From Eledone cirrhosa (lineage: Eukaryota), in NCBI GenBank assembly GCA_964016885.1, contig OZ024748.1, positions 51,150,001 to 51,214,000 of the forward strand: a stretch of DNA of 64,000 bases, read 5' to 3'. Within the stretch, counting starts at the first letter, position 1. Each line of letters opens with the position of its first letter. Of the stretch, positions 54,673 through 64,000 are shown one piece after another. Under the pieces are notes generated by a model. The model was given only the letters and a program-made list of their open reading frames with translations, did no database searches and was not told the origin of the DNA. Made by a program: the position numbers and the translations under genes.

Positions 54673-55515
54673 GATATATATATATATATATATACCACGT
54701 GCACCCAAGATAGAGAAGAAATGTATACGATATAACAAAATGTCAAGAAACCCATGCATCAAATCTAACTACAAACTCAAACATCTACCTATATAGTTGT
54801 GTATTATATCTAACAGCAAACTTGTGTATTACATCTAGCTACGAACTTGCGTATTATATCAAGCTACAACTTGTGTATTATACCTAGCTACAAACGAACA
54901 GTCAGAATATATTACATAAACACCAGGGTTAAAAACCTTCTCAACATGAAACCACGAAACTGTGATGATAATAGAGGTTGAGGTGATGCCATTGTGATGA
55001 AGGTGGTTATGATAATGCTGGTAGTGCTAAGAATAATGGTGTTGGTCATAGTGATCATAGTAGCTGTAATTTTTTAGCAATGCTTATGTCGGTAGTGCTG
55101 ATGGTGGTAGGGCGGACTCTGAATGGCGTTGGAGGTTGTTGTTAAAGTTTAGCCAAATGCCATCCCTGGTCAAATCTGACTAACTCATCCTTTCAACAGT
55201 CCATCTGTATCCCTTTTAAGATAGCAGGGTGTGATTTGAGGTAAATTCAACTGTTATTTCTTGGAGACCAAGTAACCATTATGAGGTAACCTCCTTCGCA
55301 CGAGACTCCTTGTTAGGTGTTGTTGGTGGTGTTGATGGTGGATGACAGTTAGGGTTATGACGAAAAAAAAAAGCGTGTAAGGGAGAAAATGTGGTGGATG
55401 ATACCGGAATATGAATTAGACATTAACATTATAAGAAGAAAGATCAGACTTGACGCTGGTTCTATAGATGACGATAACGATGCTGATAATGGTTATGATG
55501 ATGATGGTGATGATG

Positions 55516-55547
<32 letters not shown>

Positions 55548-55864
55548 GGCGGTGAGGATGATAATGATTGTGACATGATAATGCTAATGACAACAGATGC
55601 CAAAATTTGTTCCTTAAGGAAGTTCGTCAACGATTAGAAATGTTGTTCACCACCGCGTGCATGCACTCACACACACACACTTACACACACACACTTACAC
55701 ACATACACACACACACACACACACTCACACACTGATATACACACAATTTCCCATTCCACCACGTCTCTATCTCTCATTGCCGCCCATCGCGATGCCGAGA
55801 TCAATGCAATAATTGAACGATCAATACACATTAAAAGAAATTATTTAATTACTCGCCGACAGAC

Positions 55865-55909
55865 ATCCTTCACCACCTCCTTCACCACCTCCATCACCAC
55901 CACCATCTT

Positions 55910-55940
<31 letters not shown>

Positions 55941-56610
55941 ATCAATGCCATCTTCCTTGTAAGAGCCATTCTTACCATCACAATCATCAGCAGCATCAAC
56001 ATCAGTTTCATCACTATCATCACCACCATCCTCATTATCACCGTCATCACCACCATCATCATCATCACCATTATCACCATCATCAACATTATCACCATCA
56101 TCATCACCACCATCATCATCATCACCATTATCACCATCATCACCATTATCACCATCATCACTATCATCACTATCATCACTATCATCACCCTCATCATCAT
56201 CACCATCACCATCATCACCCTCATCATCATCACCATTATCACTCTCATCATCACCACCACCACCATCATCACCATCATCACTATCATCAACATCAACTTC
56301 ATCACTTCTACCATCATCGTCGTCTTGGCAATTGTCGTCGTAGTAACAGCCGTCTTCATCATCATCACAACTATCTTCACTATGGCAATCATCACCAACA
56401 TCAACATCACTATCGTCACCACCACCACCACCACCACCATCACCACCACCATCATCATCAACATCACTATCGGCATCTTCACCACCACCACCATCACCAT
56501 CAACAACATCACTATCATCATCATCACAACCACCACCACCACCACCACCATCATCACCACCATCACCATCACCATCACCACCACCACCACCACCACCGCC
56601 GCCACCACTG
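55865..56610. repeat. (CAT/CAC)n trinucleotide tract
   Basis: Source of the poly-M/V and poly-T/I ORFs. Confidence 0.9.
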
Positions 56611-56834
56611 TATCGTGTTTGGAATCAAAAGGAAAGGGGAATGCCGTCACACTAGAGGAGGAGGAGGAGGTAGAAACAAACTGTTGAAATGGAATCACAA
56701 AAGATTTCTCTAGGTAACATTAAAAGATGAGAAACTAAGAAAAATACTGGGAATGCATGGAATGAAATGAACCGCGGGTAATTGTAAGGGGAGGGTGGTG
56801 GTGGTGGTGGTGGTGGTCATGTTATTGATTGTGG

Positions 56835-56990
56835 GGGGGTGATGGTGTGGAGTGGGGGGATGGTGTGGAGTGGGGGGATGGTGTGGAGCGGTGGTTGGGG
56901 GGGTGATGGTGTGGAGTGGGCGGAGATGGTGTGGAGTGGGCGAGGATGGTGTGGAGTGGGCGGGGATGGTGTGGAGTGGGTGTGGGGTGA
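56835..56990. repeat. G-rich 18-20 bp minisatellite (gatggtgtggagtgggcgga)n with G-quadruplex potential
   Basis: About 7 copies of gatggtgtggag(t/c)gg. Confidence 0.8.
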
Positions 56991-57167
56991 AATCAAAATC
57001 AACCAAGACGCCGATGGTTGCGAAGCAAATAAGAATGGACGTGGATGATCATGGCCAGATGATAATTTGGATAAGAGTGTAGGTGGTGGTTGAGACGGCG
57101 ATGGTAAACATTTCTGAATTATGTACAAAAAGCCTTAGAGCTATGGAAGAGAGAGGGAGAGAGAGAG

Positions 57168-57206
<39 letters not shown>

Positions 57207-58247
57207 TGATGAGAGAAAAGAGGGGAGGTCAGATAAAACAAAAGGGAAAGTGAGGGACAAAGAAAGTAAAGGTGAGTACGAGAGGCACGAAGAATGGGGA
57301 TGTGAGAGAGAAGACAAGGAAAGAGACAGTGGCACGAAAGGTGAGAGTAATGGACACAGAGAGAGAGATAGAGAGAGGGGGAGGAAGAGAGAGAGAGAGA
57401 GACAGAGAGGACGATAAAGAGAGACAGAGAGAGAGATATGTATGAGATAGAGATTGTCATTCATGACTTTACTCCAGGCCATCACGAATCAAAATCTGGG
57501 TCATTGATTCTATTTACTGTACAAAATATAACAATAATGATGATGATGTTAATGACGATGGTGATGATGATGATGATGTCCAAGTTTAAAATGTTGATGA
57601 TGGTTATATCGGTAATATTGATTATGATAATTTTAATTAGAAGATGGAGAAGCTGAAGGTTTTTGAAAGTTCACTGAGGTGTATGTATCTCTGGTGTACA
57701 TTTACACCATCGCATAACTGGTTATTTATAATGTTGTGTTGACCTGGTCAACTTTGATGAAGCACACTTATGATCACAGTCATTTCATCCCTGGCAGTTA
57801 TGTATGCTTATTTTTATTTATGTCTTACTTCTTAAAAATAGTATAGTGTGTTTTGAGGGAGCCTTAGCTGCTATTTATTGAAAGGCGAATGAGAGCGTAG
57901 AGTCCTTCTCATTGACACGTATATTGTGGTTATGGTTATTTAACTCATGTAACTTAGAACAAGCAAACCGATGATCAAAATCATACAAGAACTTTGTTTT
58001 CTTTTCTTAAAGATCCTGCAATAATCCGGTATGCCATTTTTAAAGATGAACTCCTATGATTTGAGGGAATGTTGACTTTCATTTCAGGTAAATTACGTAC
58101 CCATGAAGAGACTACCATCGTCCGCACAAGTTTTTGGTTTCATAGAGCCTATAGTAAACCTCAGTGGAAACACCACTATATCAGCGAAGGATAAGGTGGG
58201 GTCTCCAATGATTCTTACAACAAAGAAAAAAATGCACGCCTCCTTAG

Positions 58248-58303
<56 letters not shown>

Positions 58304-58890
58304 TATGTGTGTGTAAAAGTACATCCATGCAAATATATATATATATAATAGTAGTAATAATAACATTATTATTTATTAATAACTGGAGTATTAAAACTGC
58401 TTTACTGGATGGTTCAATACAATGGGGTTCACGCAGAACTTTCATATATTAATATGTATTAAAATGCAAGGCATTATCAAACCAACATATGTTTCTGCCG
58501 GCCTAAACTCACTCTAGGGTCATACTACTACAATTCCAAAATTTTAAATTTCAAGTTTTATAACTTAACCTTCAGGCATTGGTTCAAAATCGGGCTCATC
58601 AGAGTTTATTTACAGAACATCAATATTTCACATAGATTGAAAGTTCAATACTCATTTATCATTCACTATAACAACAGATTACAAGAATACTAAAAAAAGC
58701 TTCAACATTTCCAAACGTATTCAAACATTCTAGAGAACCTTCCCTCCAAAAAAACCCTTAAGAATTTTTTTAAAGTTTCTAAAAAAAACCGTTTTAAAAA
58801 CAATTTAAAAACAATAGCTTCAAAAGTCCATTCACAAATAGTTTGAGTTTAGCAATGGTGTAAAGATAACATGGTTTGTAAGATCTAGAG

Positions 58891-59090
58891 CAGGCATGTC
58901 AAACATGCAGCCCTTTATAAGCACACCTGCGGCCCGCAAAAGGTTTTTTACAGCGCGAGCATGTTTTATCTTCGTAATATAAAGAAAAAAAAATTGTTGT
59001 AATTTGCGCAATTAGTTGTCATGTGTGACCCTCAGACAACACATATGTGACCCACGTGACCCTCGGGGGACCCTCAGTTTGACATGCCTG
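58891..59090. mobile_element. hAT-type MITE, 200 bp
   Basis: Perfect 14-bp TIRs caggcatgtcaaac / gtttgacatgcctg; 8-bp TSD atctagag / atccagag. Confidence 0.9.
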
Positions 59091-59269
59091 ATCCAGAGAG
59101 AAGAACATGTTTTATGAAAGATTTATATATGCTTTGAATCATAATTAAATGAAGATTCTCGTTAATGAAATCATTAGAATATATCTTTAGGAAAGCAATA
59201 GACATATTGATTATGCATAAATAAACTCTGATGAATACGACCTTGAACCAACACCTGAAGGTTAAGTTA

Positions 59270-59789
59270 TCTATATATATAAAACTGAGGATGTCTGTCT
59301 GTGTGTGTGTGAGTTTGAATCCCTAAAACTAGAGAAGCACCCAACCGACTGTTTTCAAACTTTACACATGTAATACTTATGTTTCAGGGAGTGTCGTGAG
59401 CAAAAGTATATTTCAAATTTTCAATACCATAGGGACTGCATTAGGCGATTTAGCGATCTCTCTCTATAATTCTTAGTCTTTCTCTTTTTAGATAGATAGA
59501 TACATACATATAACGTCGCGCCCTTATAATATCTGTCTGTATGTCTGGCTGTCTGCTGCCTTCAGTTATTCTGCCACCCTTGCTCAAGACAAATCTCACA
59601 CTCATTCCCCAAACAGTTGGTAAGTGCACACAACTTCTTCCTCACGTTTTAAGCCACAGTGTTGCTTACTTACGTACCACCAAACCCTTTCTTTTTTGCC
59701 ATCTGTGGTTGTGGCAATACTAAGCTTAGCTAAGGCAGTTATATATTTCACAATACCTTATCCCGTGCAACGCCGGGTACCACTGCTAG
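59270..59789 (+). mobile_element. Non-autonomous Helitron, 520 bp
   Basis: 5' TCTATATATAT..., 3' ...CTAG; subterminal hairpin cccg-tgcaacgc-cggg at 59762-59777; inserted between A and T with no TSD; removing it restores the host repeat. Confidence 0.9.
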
Positions 59790-60829
59790 TAAAAGTATAA
59801 CATTTTGAAATTGTAATATTATGACTCTAAGGGGATATTAGACAGGCAGAAACATGTCAGTTTGACAATGCCTTGAATCACAATGGTTTTTAAATATATA
59901 TATATATATATGTGTGTGTGGGTGTGTGTGCGTGTGTGTGTTTACATATATGTATGTAAAAGGTAAACAGAAATAACAACACAATCGGTACAGTATATGG
60001 AAGGAATATATTAGCTTAACGCATATATATATATATCATACCAAACATCGAGTCCTCTGCTGAATAATGAATGGTTTTACTAGTTTAAAACTGATAATTC
60101 CGATATATATGTATATGTATGTCTCTGTGTATTTTAAAAGATTAATGTGATAACGAAGATTTTACTCAGTGAATATTTGGCATCCAACAAAGATGCCTTT
60201 TAACTGAGAATTCATAACCTTGCAGTCTGAGTTAAATATACATGTGAGTGCGTGCCTGTTTGTGAATGTGATTAAATATGTAAGATAGTTTGTGTAAATA
60301 TGTATGTTTGCATGCCAATGTATTTGTATTGTGTATATATATATATATCTATATCATGTATATTTATATTTGTGTACTTGAAATAAATGTAATAAGGTCA
60401 GACATTCAAATTATATATAGTAAAACAGATTAGTAATTTTTTTAATTTTATTTAACTTATAAAATCATAAGCAAAACAAACATATAAGCCTCATATGGAA
60501 ACAACATTATTTTGTACTGGTGCCAAGATGATTTTATAAAGTATTTTCTGTCTAGACAAGTAAATAACAGGTGATCAAAGCTATGTTAACTGAGTCTATC
60601 AACATAGTAAGTCAGCTCTATCTTTTAATCTTGTAATCCTAATCCAGGAATGAATTTTCTTTTTACTTTTATTCAGTATTTTATTGTTTACGTTTTAGTT
60701 TTTCCTGGTTTCAGATGCTGATGGCGAAATTGATCTTCAATGATGATAACGATGATGACGATGAGGAAAAAGATGGACTAAAGAAAAATATATATGGTGA
60801 ATATCATCTTGATTATCATAATATATAAT

Positions 60830-60953
60830 ATTGCTTCTACTTTTGGCACAAGGCCAGCAATTACCCAAGTGTATTACTGGTGCTTTATTTTATCGACCCC
60901 GTAAGAATGAAAGGCAAAGTTAACCTCGGCGTTATTGGAACTCAGATCATAAA
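60830..60953 (-). mobile_element. Truncated SINE family M copy
   Basis: tgcttctacttttggcacaaggccagcaattaccc ... aactcagatcataaag. Confidence 0.8.
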
Positions 60954-61637
60954 GCTGGTGTGAAGTTTAGCGATGGATAAGGTCCAATTCAACTATATAC
61001 AAACAATCAACTTAGTCACATTTATATGATCAGAACTAAGTGTAATTCCTCAATATCGGAAAGGAATATAGTAAAGTTGACACTGACAGAATTTTAAAAT
61101 AAAAATACTATTGTTACTCGAGATTATCTATTTAATACTTTTCTTTTAGAAAATAAGAATCAGAAAATTAAGGTTAATCGTCTAGACATTGTCATCATTA
61201 AAAATAGTGCTTGAAGAGGAGGGCTGTTTATCAAAAATGACTCATTTTTCACCAGAATATTATTTATAAAGATATTAAAAACTGTCAAATTATAATATCT
61301 AAGAGATAAACATTTGTGATGAATGTACGTAGAATTTCTGTCTCCATGATAAAGTTTCTAGAGATTATTTAAAGAGGGGATAATCAGAACCATTGACCTT
61401 TGCAGGCCCAAATAGATGTGTGTGTTTTATATAGGTAGCTTTCAATTCGAGCTATTCGGGATACAGGAAAATAGTGAAGAAGTGGGGGACTGCAGGTCTA
61501 ATTATTCCAGATTCACGTAACAACATAAATTCAGTTGAAAGTAATAAGTAACTTAATGGTTTTGTTAAAAAAGGTAGCATGTTCAATCTAAGTCAAGTAA
61601 ATACAAAGTACATCGCAACCATGAAAAAGACAAGCAT

Positions 61638-62006
61638 ATATATTAGTAAAAAAGAAAAGAAAATGCTGACAAATTTTTCCCAGTGAAAAATAGTTTAATT
61701 AGGAATAAGTATAAATTAGTAATAAGTATTAGTTAGTATTCAGTTTTAGTTTTAAGTATTTACCGGTTGCGCATTTCTTATGATTTTCAAAAATAGTTTT
61801 GAGATAGAGTGCTCGAAAAATCACGAGCACTCTATCTCAAAATTATTTTTGTAAAGCATGAGAAATTCGCAACCGGTAAATACTTAAAACTAAAACTGAA
61901 TACTAACTAATACTTATTCCTAATTAAACTATTTTTCACTGGGAAACATTTGTCAGCATTTTCTCTTCCTTTTTACTAATATATCACAACTCGTATGTCA
62001 CACCTG
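61638..62006. mobile_element. Foldback palindrome family A, copy 2
   Basis: Homologous to 3335-3745; arms meet at ctcgaaaaatcacgag (~61813-61827); right arm has an ~17-18-bp deletion; same one-sided tail cacaactcgtatgtcacacct. Confidence 0.75.
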
Positions 62007-62060
62007 TAAATTTTTTAATATTATATATTTATATCAACATTGTTTTATTAAAAAAATAAT

Positions 62061-62235
62061 TGTTTCTACTTTAGGCACAAGGCCAGCAATTACCCAGTGT
62101 ATTACTGGTACTTTATTTTATCGACCCCGTAAGGATGAAAGGCAAAGTCAACCTCGGCGGGATTTGAACTCAGAATGGCAAGGGCCGTAACTCTATGTGT
62201 CAAACCATGGTGTCCGACCCTCTACCGATACTGCC
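62061..62235 (-). mobile_element. SINE family M copy with ~10-bp TSD (aaaaaataat)
   Basis: Reverse complement of the family consensus; aaaaaataat on both sides. Confidence 0.85.
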
Positions 62236-62811
62236 AAAAAATAATGACGATGATATATTTGTTGTGCTTTCCATATTTTTGGCAGGGTTTTTTGATTGGA
62301 TGCCCTTCCTATCACCAACCACTTTACAGCGTGGACTGGTGTATCAGTTCTTATTTGGAGTGTCTACTCTCTTATGTGGGTTGCTTCACTATGCACATGT
62401 CAAGATGGCCGACTGAAAACGCATGTGTGTTTTTTTTTCCCCAATTTTTTTTTCGTATTTTCCCTGTTCCTTCCCCTCATAACTCTTTACTTTATATTTA
62501 TCTTCTATTTCTAACTCTACCTTCTTATGAAGGACTAGTTTCCTTAACGTTAAGACTCTCTTCCTGTTATTTCAAGCGTTAAACTAATATATTTCTTCCA
62601 TTTACTGTGCATTTTAGTTATAATTGTTATTTCTGTTTACTCTTTACATACACACACATATATATATATATATATAAGTAATAAAATAAAAAACAAAAAC
62701 AATAACAAAGAGTACAGTACGAACAGTGTTGGTATATATGTATGCATATATTCATTTAAAAACAACAGAAGGCCAGACTAGAAAAATTCTTTAAAGTTTT
62801 AATTTTGTCAA

Positions 62812-62886
62812 AACACTATAAGTATTTCAATGGCCCTTTTCATCATCTGATCATCATACAAGACTTAAGCGATTTCATCAGATGTT
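62812..62886 (-). ncRNA. Candidate minimal type-I hammerhead ribozyme motif (Penelope-pLTR type)
   Basis: Minus strand: aacau-CUGAUGA-aaucgc-[33 nt]-gccauu-GAAA-u-acuu-a-UA-guguu. Stem I 5 bp with one G-U, stem II 5/6 bp, 2-bp stem III, AUA triplet. Confidence 0.6.
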
Positions 62887-63049
62887 GATTGCAAAATTGT
62901 TATATAAGATAACAGGATTACAGCGAATACAAATAGAGAATAGATTTGGTCAACTCACTCAGTAAACATTAGCTTCAGCTTGGTCAACAAGATCCAAAAG
63001 GGACAATTTCTGAAAACCTGAAATAGTAATAATAAAAATAATAATGATG

Positions 63050-63360
63050 ATAATAATGATTTCTTTATTGGCCACTAGGGCCTACATATAGGGGACAATA
63101 CAAAAAGATAGGGACAGTGCGGGTTTACAGTGAAATCGATTAAAAAAACAAATTAACAATAAAAGTACAACAACAAAAAATTTCCCAATAAGGGTGAGAA
63201 TCACCCAAAGGTGACTCAGCCAGCCCACCAATCCTGAACCACCCAACGCTTCAAGGGCACCCCACTGTTCCTCAAATCAAGCAGCCTACAAGGCTCAGAG
63301 TAGGCCTATTTTCATGGGCCATTCTCACCATATTCACCCGCCTTTTAGAAAATGTACTAG
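63050..63360 (-). mobile_element. 3' end of an L1/Tx1-like LINE (ORF end, 3' UTR, AATAAA, (ATT)n-like tail)
   Basis: Minus strand: FSKRRVNMVRMA...PTLSL* then UTR ending ggccaataaagaaatcattattat. A similar-looking degenerate end lies at ~37730-37800 (+). Confidence 0.45.
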
Positions 63361-64000
63361 TACTAATAATAATATTTTTTGTCACGAGTGCGATATCAGA
63401 TAGCCTTTGCCCTGAAGAAATGTACTCTATAATACTTAGGCCTTTAGCCCTAATATTTAATTTTATGTTTTAAATTTGCAACCGCCAATGGACACCCCCT
63501 TCCGCGTCCACTGAACAAAACAGCCAAATTTTCATAAAAATCAAAGCAGCTAATTTGAATTTTGAGAAGAAATCTTATTGGTCTGCTTATATATTCCCTA
63601 GAGACTAGCAGCGCGCCAGCATACTAATCCCTCGGAATATATATATATACTTTTACCCCACTTTCTTCCTCTCCCTTTCTCCCTCTCACCCCCTCGTCTG
63701 ACCATTTAGCAGTTCTCTTCTCACTTATAACTGCGGCGACCGGATGTGTGTCTTGTTCCTCTCGACTACTCAGTCTTGAACATAAGTTCTCTTATAGAGT
63801 GGTCTTGGATTTCCTACCTATAGTTGCTCGTACATTGCTCGGATTCTTGTTGTTTTTCCGCTGTTTTGTTACTGTTTTCTCTTTTCTTCCCCTTTGCTTT
63901 CCTTCCCTCCTTCCTTCGTTTTCCCAATAACTTATGTAGTTATTAACGCCCTGGGGTGAGGTATCTTGTCTTTAAAGCGTAGAAATATCCGAGACCCCCA

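Larger units (their letters stand above)
58467..59875. mobile_element. Old inverted-repeat element (family C, ~150-bp diverged arms with hammerhead-like cores) hosting a hAT MITE and a Helitron
   Basis: 58467-58625 is reverse-complementary to 59200-59269 joined to 59790-59875 once the Helitron is removed. Confidence 0.6.

Noticed and set aside
58103-58348. Possible exon (MKRLPSSAQVFGF...)
   Set aside because: Begins within an old dispersed repeat and ends in (CA)n; no homology recognised.
63600-64000. Slightly CpG-richer, pyrimidine-rich stretch that could be a promoter or 5' UTR
   Set aside because: Truncated by the window edge with no diagnostic motif; equally likely part of a repeat.

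Overview
Very AT-rich eukaryotic genomic DNA dense in microsatellites and transposon remnants. The repeat inventory suggests a cephalopod, probably an octopus; this is inferred from repeat types, not proven. I found no intact host gene. Nearly all ORFs in the track are translations of (TA)n, (CA)n, (GGT/GAT)n or (GA)n repeats. The only credible coding remnants are retrotransposon fragments (RTE, R4/Dong-like, L1/Tx1-like, possibly Penelope). Supported non-coding elements are two tRNA-headed SINE families (one CORE-type with swappable 3' tails shared with RTE LINEs, one Meta-domain-like that inserts at ATTAT sites and forms tandem piles), hAT, piggyBac and Tc1/mariner MITEs, a MITE family with apparent 6-bp TSDs, and a short non-autonomous Helitron, often nested inside one another. 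The most interesting signal is a set of long, nearly loop-less palindromes whose two arms share private variants, plus several minimal type-I hammerhead-ribozyme motifs (best one at 62812-62886, minus strand). Together these point to a Penelope-like or retrozyme-like foldback retroelement system. All alignments and pairings were done by eye.
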